Below are positions 49,002 to 57,506 of a DNA stretch of 64,000 nucleotides, piece after piece. The DNA lies in the NCBI GenBank assembly GCA_963528515.1, contig CAURUO010000002.1, positions 31,234 through 95,233 of the forward strand. The letters run 5' to 3'. The translations under genes and the position numbers were made by a program. The DNA is from an uncultured Candidatus Saccharibacteria bacterium (GTDB lineage: Bacteria; Patescibacteriota; Saccharimonadia; Saccharimonadales; Saccharimonadaceae). The notes under the pieces are model-generated. The model had not been told where the DNA came from. It made no database searches and worked only from the letters and a program-made list of their open reading frames with translations. Numbering within the stretch: the stretch's first letter is position 1; each line of letters begins with the position of its first letter.

Positions 49002-49979
49002 TTATTGCAGATAAGTATAAAGTTTTTTGGCGTCTTTATGCTTGCGTAGCTTCGCTAGCGCCTTGGCTTCAATCTGGCGAATTCGCTCGCGCGTCACCGC
49101 AAATTCCTGGCCAACCTCTTCAAGCGTATGACTCTTGCCGCTGTCTAATCCAAAGCGCATCCGGACGATCTTTTGTTCGCGATCGCTCAGCGTACCTAGC
49201 AAATCTTTAACTTGTTCCTTTAACAGCTGATTTGAGGCCGATTCCTCCGGACTAATCGTACCTTCATCTTCGATGAAATCGCCCAGCACCGACTCGCCTT
49301 CATCATCGCCATCGCGGCCGACGCCAGCATCCAAGCTCGAAATGTCCTGCTTGATTTTCATGACATATTCGACTTTTTCTGGTTCCATCTCTAGCTCTTT
49401 AGCTAGCTCTTCAATCGTTGGCTCGCGATTCAGCTCCTGCGTCATGCGCCGCTGCGTGCGCAGCAATTTATTGATGGTTTCCACCATATGAACTGGAATA
49501 CGAATCGTTCGCGCCTGATCAGCAATCGCCCGGGTAATCGCCTGGCGAATCCACCAGGTGGCATAAGTCGAGAATTTAAAGCCTTTATCCGGATCAAATT
49601 TTTCAACCGCGCGCAACAAACCAGTGTGGCCTTCTTGAATCAAATCCAAGAAGTCTAAGCCGCGGCCCGAATACCGCTTGGCGATCGATACCACCAGGCG
49701 CATATTTGCTTCGGCCATTTTATCTTTGGCTTTTTTGTCGCCTTCTTTGACGCGTTTTGCTAATTCTAGCTCTTCCTCGGCACTCAGCAGCGGGATTTTG
49801 CCAATCTCGCGCAAATGCAGCCGTACTGAATCGTCCGAAATATCGTCGAAATATTGATTAGCATTGAGTACATCTTCAGGAGTATCTTCGTCCATCAAAT
49901 CGTTGATATCAGGCTCATTGATGTCTTGATCTTGTATATTGTCGTCAGATGGCTTCTGCGCTTGGTCGTCGTTTGTCAC
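49002..49979 (-). CDS. rpoD: RNA polymerase primary sigma factor
   Basis: [44 protein letters not shown] start. Confidence 0.97.
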   Translation of the reverse strand: MTNDDQAQKPSDDNIQDQDINEPDINDLMDEDTPEDVLNANQYFDDISDDSVRLHLREIGKIPLLSAEEELELAKRVKEGDKKAKDKMAEANMRLVVSIAKRYSGRGLDFLDLIQEGHTGLLRAVEKFDPDKGFKFSTYATWWIRQAITRAIADQARTIRIPVHMVETINKLLRTQRRMTQELNREPTIEELAKELEMEPEKVEYVMKIKQDISSLDAGVGRDGDDEGESVLGDFIEDEGTISPEESASNQLLKEQVKDLLGTLSDREQKIVRMRFGLDSGKSHTLEEVGQEFAVTRERIRQIEAKALAKLRKHKDAKKLYTYLQ

Positions 49980-51705
49980 GAGCTTTCTCCTTGATTATGT
50001 TATTGAGTGCCGCACGCAACTCTCTAGCCGCCGCCTCATCGCCAGCAGCTTCAGCGTCGCGTAACTTAGCTAATAATTCTTGTTGAGTTTGTTTGTTATG
50101 TTTATCCTCTTTATCCCGCAGCAGTTGGCACATCGCGACATAGCGATCGCCGCTATTCCATGCTGCATAACGCTCCTCAGCGCGCAATGATACCATTTTT
50201 ACATAAATATCAGCTTTTTGCAACTTTTTAGGGCGATTTTGCGGATTATCTTCCTCGAGGAGTACCGTCGCTAATAGCTCTCGCTCGGCACTGCTCCACT
50301 GCTGGCGACCGGCGCGGCGCAATTCTTCCAAGCACCTAGCATCATAAAGCGCCAAAGCCAAAATGTTATCCTCTAGCACCGCCTGTTCGTTCTTAATAAT
50401 CGATGTATTTGCAACAACGGATTTGAAAGTTTGTTTCTTGACTGGCTCGCCAGCTAATTTTTGGCGCACCGCCTCCTCGCTAGTATGCGATATAGTGGCT
50501 ACCCGCTTGATATAATATTCGCGCTCGACGGGGTCAGCTAGCCCGCGCACTATTCGCAGCGCTGCCGTAGTAAAAGTTCGCCGGCCAACCGCTGTATCCA
50601 AATCGCATCGCCCGGCATGCTGGCGCAACACCCATTCGACAGCCGGCTCGTTGCGAGTTACCGCTTCGCGCCACGCCTGAACACTCGATTTGATCAATTC
50701 ATCTGGGTCTTTAGCGCCATCTGGCAACGAAATAATCGTCAGCTCAACGCCCTCGTGCGAAGCCAGCTCAATTGCCCGCTCGGTCGCTGCCACACCCGCT
50801 TTATCGCTATCATAACAGAGGCGAACATCGCTGGTCAGCCGTTTGACCGCTTTGAGATGATTTTCAGTCATCGACGTACCAGCGGTCGCGACTGTTTGCG
50901 CTACGCCCGCTTGGTGGCTGCTAACTACATCCAAATTTCCTTCAACCATCACTACGAAGCCACTTTTGCGGATCGCCTCTTTGGCTTGGCTCAACGCGAA
51001 AATATGACGACCCTTATCATATAGTAATGTCTGCGGCGTATTCAAATATTTCGGCGCATTCGGCACATTGCCAATAATTCGCCCGGTAAAGCCAATCACT
51101 TGCCCGCCCTGATCCATCAACGGAATCATCATTCGACCGCGAAACAAATCCTTGCCATAGCGGTTTAATAGCCCCGCGTCGTTGATCTCTCGCTTAGTAA
51201 AACCTCTTTTTTCGAGCGCTGCTAGCAACGCCGTGCCGCTATCCGGCGCATAACCAATCTGAAAATCTTGAACAGTTTGCCGCGACAATCCTCGCTGCTT
51301 AAAAACATATTCAATCGCCTGCTGGCTACGCAATAAACTCTGTTGGAAATATCGTGCTGCTAGCTCGTTGGCTGCCAACAGCCGCTTTTTGTAGGCGCTG
51401 CGCTTCTTGGCACCAGCCGATTGATATTCGCTGAGGTCAACTCCAGCTTTGCGCGCCAAAAATTCCATCGCCTGGCGAAAATCCATCCCCTCAGCCTCCA
51501 TCACAAAAGCGAAAATATCGCCGCCCTTGTTGCTCGAGAAATCATGCCAAATATTTTTTTCAGGACTTACGAAAAAGCTAGGCGTTTTCTCGCCAGTAAA
51601 CGGACTTAACCCCTTATAGCTGCGCCCTGCCCGCTTTAGCTCAACATATTCGCCAATCACATCTTCGATATTGAGCCGCGAGCGAATTTCCTCCTTGGCA
51701 TCCAT
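49945..51705 (-). CDS. dnaG: DNA primase
   Basis: [35 protein letters not shown]. Confidence 0.97.
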   Translation of the reverse strand: MDAKEEIRSRLNIEDVIGEYVELKRAGRSYKGLSPFTGEKTPSFFVSPEKNIWHDFSSNKGGDIFAFVMEAEGMDFRQAMEFLARKAGVDLSEYQSAGAKKRSAYKKRLLAANELAARYFQQSLLRSQQAIEYVFKQRGLSRQTVQDFQIGYAPDSGTALLAALEKRGFTKREINDAGLLNRYGKDLFRGRMMIPLMDQGGQVIGFTGRIIGNVPNAPKYLNTPQTLLYDKGRHIFALSQAKEAIRKSGFVVMVEGNLDVVSSHQAGVAQTVATAGTSMTENHLKAVKRLTSDVRLCYDSDKAGVAATERAIELASHEGVELTIISLPDGAKDPDELIKSSVQAWREAVTRNEPAVEWVLRQHAGRCDLDTAVGRRTFTTAALRIVRGLADPVEREYYIKRVATISHTSEEAVRQKLAGEPVKKQTFKSVVANTSIIKNEQAVLEDNILALALYDARCLEELRRAGRQQWSSAERELLATVLLEEDNPQNRPKKLQKADIYVKMVSLRAEERYAAWNSGDRYVAMCQLLRDKEDKHNKQTQQELLAKLRDAEAAGDEAAARELRAALNNIIKEKARDKRRPSAEAI

Positions 51706-51759
51706 ACATTTTAGTATATCACTCTTTACCTCTGTTATCGGTTGTGGTTAAATATAGGT

Positions 51760-52662
51760 ATGAATCAGGACCCTTACACCAATCCGCAACAACCGTATTC
51801 GCAGGGTTCTGCTAATAATTTACTACCAGAAAACCCGCAGCAGCCAGCCGCACCGTACAATCAGGTCTACGGCCAGCAAACACCGCAGCAGCAAACGGCG
51901 CCTAATCCGTATTACAACAACCAAGCCGCCCAGACGCAGCCGCTGGCATACCCGCAGCAAACATCCAGCCTGGCAACTAATCAGTCTGATCAACTACCGC
52001 AAATTAACCAAACCGCGCCATCGTACGACACAGGACCGCAGCCGCTAAGCACCTTCCCAGTTTACGCCGGCAGCTCGGATGATGATTATAATACTGTTGA
52101 CTACCTTAACCGTATCGCTCCACAAGAACAGCACACCATCAATCGAATCGCTATATTTGCGCTCATTGGCACTGTTATTGCTAGCGTCATCATCATTTTG
52201 ATTCTAATCATCAACCCTGGCGCATCTGATGCCAACAGTCTAATCCAGCCGATCCGCGACCGCACTGATACACTTAACAAAGTCGTCGACGAAAACGAAG
52301 GCCGCCTGACGCAGACTGAAATTGCCGAGGCCAACACTGCGCTCAACAGCACTCTGACGACCATGCAGACCCGGCTAGACGCCATCATCAAAGAGCGCAA
52401 AATCCAGAAAAAATCCTCTAGTACCGAAAAAAGCTACCTAGAAGCCCTGCAGAAAAAGCTCAACGATTCCTACCAAAAAGGTAAGCTCGACAGTAGCTAC
52501 GCCACCGCCATGACTTACGAATTAACCATTTTAAAGTCGCAACTCAACAAGCTTAAAAAGGTTAGCGACTCCAAATCAATCCGCTCGTTCTGCGACGAAT
52601 CCATTAATAATATCAACGTTATCCTCAAAGCTTACCACGACTTCGCTTCAACCAAGCAGTAG
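51760..52662 (+). CDS. Hypothetical single-pass membrane protein with Gln/Pro-rich N-terminus
   Basis: Low-complexity N-terminus, DYLNRIAP, TM, helical C-terminal domain. Confidence 0.8.
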   Translation: MNQDPYTNPQQPYSQGSANNLLPENPQQPAAPYNQVYGQQTPQQQTAPNPYYNNQAAQTQPLAYPQQTSSLATNQSDQLPQINQTAPSYDTGPQPLSTFPVYAGSSDDDYNTVDYLNRIAPQEQHTINRIAIFALIGTVIASVIIILILIINPGASDANSLIQPIRDRTDTLNKVVDENEGRLTQTEIAEANTALNSTLTTMQTRLDAIIKERKIQKKSSSTEKSYLEALQKKLNDSYQKGKLDSSYATAMTYELTILKSQLNKLKKVSDSKSIRSFCDESINNINVILKAYHDFASTKQ

Positions 52663-52667
52663 CAGAG

Positions 52668-53006
52668 CTATTCCGTCACCAGCCGATAACTTAACCGCGC
52701 CAGATCAAAAAGTTCTTCGTCGCTGAGCTGGCCGCTGCAAATCACCGTAATCCAGTGTTTTTTATTGAGATGAAAGCCTGGCTGAACCGATTCGTACTTT
52801 TGTTGTAACTTTAACGACAATTGCGGATCACATTTCAAGCTAATCCGCAACGGCTTTGAACCCTCGGCTATCAACGCAAACATCTTTTCGCTTTGGCCAG
52901 CATCTTTGCGGCCGACTTTGTACACAGCCACCTTATCGCCAAACGGATAGTCCAACCAGGCGCCTGGCAAACTTAGCAAAAACTCTTCAAACTGTTGGTG
53001 CGTCAT
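52668..53006 (-). CDS. MmcQ/YjbR-family protein
   Basis: DYPFG...VYKV, KMFA, LKCDP, PGFHLNKKHW, SY.LV; ATGA coupling to upstream gene. Confidence 0.92.
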   Translation of the reverse strand: MTHQQFEEFLLSLPGAWLDYPFGDKVAVYKVGRKDAGQSEKMFALIAEGSKPLRISLKCDPQLSLKLQQKYESVQPGFHLNKKHWITVICSGQLSDEELFDLARLSYRLVTE

Positions 53007-53869
53007 AGCCATTTGCTCCGTATAAAGTATATCAGCATCGATATTGGCAAGATGACCAGCAGCGCCATCGTTATCCAAAACATTACATCGCTATGAAACG
53101 GCAGCTGCGAAAAATTCATGCCTGCCAGACCTGTCAAAAACGACATTGGCATAAATATCGTCGTTACAATCGTCAAACGCTTCATTACATCATTCATTCG
53201 ATTAGACACTACCGACAAATACATATCCAGCGCACTAGTCAATAGATCGCGCATGGTATCGATTAGCTCGTGCACGCGCCAAGCGTAATCGTAGCTGTCG
53301 CGCGCATAAATCGCGCACTTTTCATCAAAAATACCGTATCGGCCGTTACTCAAACCATTGAGCATATTCATCAGCGGCAAAATCACCTTGCGCAAATCCG
53401 CCAATTGGCGCTTATACACAAAAAGCTGCTGCAACTGATGCTTGCCCGGATCGCGAATCATTGTATCTTCTAATTGATCGGTTACATCGTCAATTGAATT
53501 AAGAATCGGCATATACTGTTCGACTGTAAATTGAATCATCGTTGCTGCGATTAGCGACGGCGACAGAGCGCCTGGCCGGTACGCTTCAATCCGCTCGGCA
53601 ACCTCGCTATCTAATTCGTCGCGGTGCAAGGTGATAACTTTGTTTTTACTGAGCAAAATCGTCAACCCTTGCCAATGGACATTGCGGCGTTCAATGCTCG
53701 GGATTTCCGCCTTAATCATTAGCCAATCGCCGCCTTCGACCGCTTGCGGCAGCCAACGGTTCTCAATCAGAATCCGCCGTTGCAACTCCGATAAGTTTAA
53801 TTTTTCAATTAAACTTTGCCGTACTTCTAGCGAATCCTCGCTGATATCATGCCATATTTTATCTGTCAC
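53003..53869 (-). CDS. corA: CorA-family divalent cation transporter
   Basis: N.MNDVMKRLT, P.SFL.G..GMNF, two C-terminal TMs. Confidence 0.9.
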   Translation of the reverse strand: MTDKIWHDISEDSLEVRQSLIEKLNLSELQRRILIENRWLPQAVEGGDWLMIKAEIPSIERRNVHWQGLTILLSKNKVITLHRDELDSEVAERIEAYRPGALSPSLIAATMIQFTVEQYMPILNSIDDVTDQLEDTMIRDPGKHQLQQLFVYKRQLADLRKVILPLMNMLNGLSNGRYGIFDEKCAIYARDSYDYAWRVHELIDTMRDLLTSALDMYLSVVSNRMNDVMKRLTIVTTIFMPMSFLTGLAGMNFSQLPFHSDVMFWITMALLVILPISMLIYFIRSKWL

Positions 53870-54417
53870 GCCTTCACCTTTTTCAAATAATATTTTAATT
53901 CTTGAATACTGCCGCGAATATCCTCCAGTGCCCGATGATCCTCTGGTTTGGCAAATTTCTTGCCGTATTTACCCTCAAACACCACTTTCCAGGCACTGAC
54001 GTCTAACATCCGATAGTGTAGCCTTTTTGACAACGTAGGCCACCATTGGTCGATAAATCGCCGGTCTTGATGAATAGAATTGCCGCCCAGTAAAATCCGC
54101 GGCTCGTCCGCAAAATGTTTATCGCAAAACGCCAGCAGCTCACACTCCACCTCGGCCAGCGGCTTGCCCGAGGCATTTTGTTCCTCCAAACCGCGCCGCG
54201 CCTCTGGATGTTCGTTCCAAAAGCTGGCGTTCCGATCTAGCAGCTGCGCCAGCTTCGCCGGATCATGCCGTACCACCCCCTGATAGGTCGCAATCTTCGT
54301 AAAATCCCAATCCGTGACAATCGCCGCCGCTTCCAAAATCTCATCGCACGCCGGATCCAACCCGGTCATTTCCAAATCCATCCATAAAATCTTTTTTGGC
54401 TTGAAACTAGCTTTCAT
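53866..54417 (-). CDS. orn: Oligoribonuclease
   Basis: WMDLEMTGL, GNSIHQDRRF, HYRMLDVS, HRALEDI..SI.EL.YY. Confidence 0.95.
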   Translation of the reverse strand: MKASFKPKKILWMDLEMTGLDPACDEILEAAAIVTDWDFTKIATYQGVVRHDPAKLAQLLDRNASFWNEHPEARRGLEEQNASGKPLAEVECELLAFCDKHFADEPRILLGGNSIHQDRRFIDQWWPTLSKRLHYRMLDVSAWKVVFEGKYGKKFAKPEDHRALEDIRGSIQELKYYLKKVKA

Positions 54418-54429
54418 AATTCTAGTATA

Positions 54430-55509
54430 CTACTTTTTGGTATCGCAGTAATCTCTAGAAAACTGTTCCGGCACCTGCTGCAGCAAACGTTCGACAGCAT
54501 TTCCAAACCTTGCTGCGCCACCAAGCTTCATATGGCTTTCTTTTTCGATCCGAAAAACTTCAGACGCGTTGCCATCAGACGGAACAAAATTCGTCCGGTT
54601 AACTAACTCATAGTATAACTCGGCAGCACTCATATCTTCACAATCATATGGCAGCATCCCGTACAACCTCAGATTTTCTACGTAGCGTTTAGCCAATTTG
54701 TCGCTGACCTCTAACGCTTTATCTAATTGCAGCGTTTGCATGAAGTAATCATCTCTTGGGTCGCCATAAATATCGTCTGGCAGCTGGACGCTTTTAATAC
54801 TTACATCGTCAATCCCTTGAACTTGCATATCTGAAAGAAGCCGCACGGCCTTGAGAGCTAATTTATTGCCAATTCGATAGTCATAATCAGGATCGTGCTC
54901 AAATACTGTTGGCCTGATAACATGCTCAGCAGTATCTAATACCGCTTGCGTACTAGCCAACAGCCTCCAAGCATCATTGTCCTTGCGTATAAGCACTTGA
55001 TTGATTGTAAAATCGTGCTGCCCCATAAACTCGGCGGTAGATTGTACAGACTCCGCGCCATAACCATTCATTGTATCACGCGGCGAAAAACGCATTGAAA
55101 GATCGCTCGCTACCGCTCGAATCTCATCTGGATCATAATCACCGTTAGCAACAGTCTCTTCTAAAATTACCAGATCGACATCGCGCGGCGGCGGTAGCTG
55201 GCGGTCGCTATGTACTAGCGCCTCCAGAATCTGGCGAGCCGCCCCGCCCTTTACGCCAATAAATGGCGGCAGTTCGTCTAGATCAAAACCCAAATTAGCC
55301 CGCTCAATAGCATCGGCAGGTAATTCATATTCATATATTTCATTGCAGCGAGCTTCCGGGTTGCCAGGCTGCTCGCAATTATAATATTTCAGCTGGCAGC
55401 TAATTCCTCCAAATTCTACGCGGCGCTCGCCGCTATCAAGCACTTGCAAGGCGCGAGGTTGATGCATCTTCGCCTCTATATCACTCGGAGTCGGGCTTAA
55501 TTTTTCCAT
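54430..55509 (-). CDS. Divergent class II (CCA-adding/poly(A) polymerase-like) nucleotidyltransferase
   Basis: KGGAAR...PRDVDLV (motif A), HDFTINQ (motif B RDFTINA), LKAVRL (LRAIRF-like). Confidence 0.65.
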   Translation of the reverse strand: MEKLSPTPSDIEAKMHQPRALQVLDSGERRVEFGGISCQLKYYNCEQPGNPEARCNEIYEYELPADAIERANLGFDLDELPPFIGVKGGAARQILEALVHSDRQLPPPRDVDLVILEETVANGDYDPDEIRAVASDLSMRFSPRDTMNGYGAESVQSTAEFMGQHDFTINQVLIRKDNDAWRLLASTQAVLDTAEHVIRPTVFEHDPDYDYRIGNKLALKAVRLLSDMQVQGIDDVSIKSVQLPDDIYGDPRDDYFMQTLQLDKALEVSDKLAKRYVENLRLYGMLPYDCEDMSAAELYYELVNRTNFVPSDGNASEVFRIEKESHMKLGGAARFGNAVERLLQQVPEQFSRDYCDTKK

Positions 55510-55556
55510 ACTCGCTATTATAGCATAAACGATTTAAAAAGTCAAGCAAAGAAAAT

Positions 55557-55580
55557 ACCCCTCCTGGCGCGAAGAGGGGT
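55557..55580 (-). terminator. Terminator of the structured transcript
   Basis: ACCCCUCUU-CGCGCC-AGGAGGGGU followed by AUUUUCUUU. Confidence 0.7.
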
Positions 55581-55642
55581 CTGCCGCCCCGGCGAGAGTT
55601 GCAGCCAAACAAGGCCAGGCAACCCCCGCCGGGGTGGGGTGG

Positions 55643-55951
55643 CTATCGCTTGGACTTGAGCGGCAGCAGCCGCCAAGCCTCGCCGACGATCCTCCAGGGG
55701 TCCGACCCAATATACCGCATCGGCACCTTATTCGTAAAGTTGCCGATATATGTGATTTCACGGAGCCTCCCTGTCTCCGCGAAATCAAAAATTGCGATTA
55801 TGGAGCCGCCTGAGGGCGGCTCCATAATCGTCGTAATTCGTGTGGCGGGACGCGCCCCGCCCCGCCACACGAAATTCCGACTCGGCACCCCCAGGTGCCG
55901 AGTCGGAAGGAGGTTAAAAAAACTCTCAGCAAGAGAGAGTTCCTCGGCCAT
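55643..55951 (-). CDS. Hypothetical 102-aa protein encoded within the hairpin array
   Basis: AAGGAGG SD 5 nt before ATG; lies between promoter and terminator; no recognisable homology. Confidence 0.5.
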   Translation of the reverse strand: MAEELSLAESFFNLLPTRHLGVPSRNFVWRGGARPATRITTIMEPPSGGSIIAIFDFAETGRLREITYIGNFTNKVPMRYIGSDPWRIVGEAWRLLPLKSKR

Positions 55952-56231
55952 CTCGGCCTCCTTTCCGCCCCATCTGGGGCAATAGTGGAGCTCGATCCGT
56001 TACCGAGCCCTCTTTAGCGCCGTGAAAACCGCCGTTTCACAGTACTCAAGAGAGCTCGGATCCTGCCGTACATACGATATTCTAAAATGCGCCAGAGGCC
56101 GATCATCAACCAGCCCCTCGTTAATATTATAACACACTATTGTAGGTATTACTAGAATATTTACCAATATAATATCCCGATTTGAATGCATGATAAATAC
56201 ACGTAAGAGCCTCTCGTGTTATACTAAACCC

Positions 56232-56936
56232 ATGACCAAACGTATTCTCCTCAAACTCTCTGGAGAGCAGCTCCAGGGCGAGTTCGCCAGCGGCTTCGAT
56301 CCCAAGCGGGCCCGCTGGATTGCCGAACAAATCAAACCAGCGCTAGAAACTGGCGCCGAAGTCGTCATCATGGTTGGCGGCGGCAATTATGTCCGCGGCA
56401 ACCAAATCATCGGCCACGGCATCCAGCCTGTCTCAGCCCATAATATCGGCATGCTCTCTACCCTAATGAACGCCATTGCTCTGGCTGATGTCTTCAACGA
56501 CGCCGGCTTGCCGACCCGCGCCCTGTCCACTGTAGAAATTAATCAATTTATCGACCACTACACCTTCCGCCGCGCCCTCAGCCACATCGAAAAGGGCCGG
56601 GTAGTCATCGTTGCCTGCGGCACTGGCCGGCCATTCCTGACCACCGACACTGCCGCCCTGAACCTAGCTTTAGAAATGCAGTGTGATGTTGTCGTTAAAA
56701 CAACGAAAGTTGACGGCGTGTACGACAAAGACCCGGCTAAATTCCCTGACGCCATCAAATTCGACCACATATCTTATCACGATGTTTTGACCAACCCCGA
56801 CATCACCGTCATGGACAAGGCAGCCATCGGCCTGGCTATGGACGAACATATCCCGGTCATTATCTGCGACCTGTTGACCGACGGTAACATCGCCCGAGCA
56901 GCCCGCGGCGAGACAGTCGGCACGCTGATTAGCTAG
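56232..56936 (+). CDS. pyrH: Uridylate kinase
   Basis: RILLKLSGE, GGGN.VRG, GMLST.MN, PFLTTDT, VDGVYDKDP, VMD. Confidence 0.97.
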   Translation: MTKRILLKLSGEQLQGEFASGFDPKRARWIAEQIKPALETGAEVVIMVGGGNYVRGNQIIGHGIQPVSAHNIGMLSTLMNAIALADVFNDAGLPTRALSTVEINQFIDHYTFRRALSHIEKGRVVIVACGTGRPFLTTDTAALNLALEMQCDVVVKTTKVDGVYDKDPAKFPDAIKFDHISYHDVLTNPDITVMDKAAIGLAMDEHIPVIICDLLTDGNIARAARGETVGTLIS

Positions 56937-57010
56937 CATCTTTAATACCACCGAGGCAAGTCGCCGCAATAACCGCCGTTCCGTCAAGCCACGGCTGAGC
57001 CTCAAAAACG

Positions 57011-57418
57011 TTAATCTTTCTTCTTATCTAATTTATCCAGCTTGAAAAAGTGCACAATTGCATACACCACAAAGGCCACCGCTAGCAGTGTAATTAATGA
57101 GCTGACAAACGCGCCATAGAGAAATTCAGCCTTGCGGCCGGCAAACTCAACCGTGAACGACGCCGCTTGCAAGCCTTTTTGCGAGCCGACAATCAACTGC
57201 ACCAGCGGGTCAATAAACGCTGTCACCAGCTTCTTCACCGTATCGCCAGCTGCCGTACCAATTGCCAAACCAACCGCTAGACCGACTATACCCTGTTCGC
57301 GGATAAAATTAACGAAACCGCCCATGTGGGTGTCTTTAACTATTGTTTGCGCCAATTTTTTGTCAGCTAGCTTTTTGGCAGCTGATTTTTTGGCTTTTTT
57401 GACTGTTTCTGATGGCAT
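57011..57418 (-). CDS. mscL: Large-conductance mechanosensitive channel family protein
   Basis: F..FI....IVGLAVGLAIG.A, YGAF...LI. Confidence 0.85.
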   Translation of the reverse strand: MPSETVKKAKKSAAKKLADKKLAQTIVKDTHMGGFVNFIREQGIVGLAVGLAIGTAAGDTVKKLVTAFIDPLVQLIVGSQKGLQAASFTVEFAGRKAEFLYGAFVSSLITLLAVAFVVYAIVHFFKLDKLDKKKD

Positions 57419-57506
57419 TTAGCCTCCTTTAACTGTTTGATTATAACCTGGTTTCTTGTGGTAAATCGCTTTGTAATTATTTATTCCTCAACCTTACAAC
57501 GTAACC

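Larger units (their letters stand above)
55550..56120 (-). other. Highly structured transcript (tandem hairpin array; ncRNA and/or mRNA)
   Basis: About ten consecutive stems; TGnTATAAT promoter at 56126-56134; terminator at 55557-55580; most non-canonical pairs are G-U on the minus strand. Confidence 0.7.

Noticed and set aside
55599..55985. Plus-strand 128-aa ORF across the hairpin array
   Set aside because: TTG start without a clear SD; promoter, terminator and G-U bias all favour the minus strand
55550..56120. Hairpin array as CRISPR, tmRNA, RNase P or tRNA cluster
   Set aside because: The stems do not repeat in sequence; no GAGGAAAGTCC, no T-loop/CCA end and no cloverleaf found; the GGGGCTG near the start is the only tmRNA-like part
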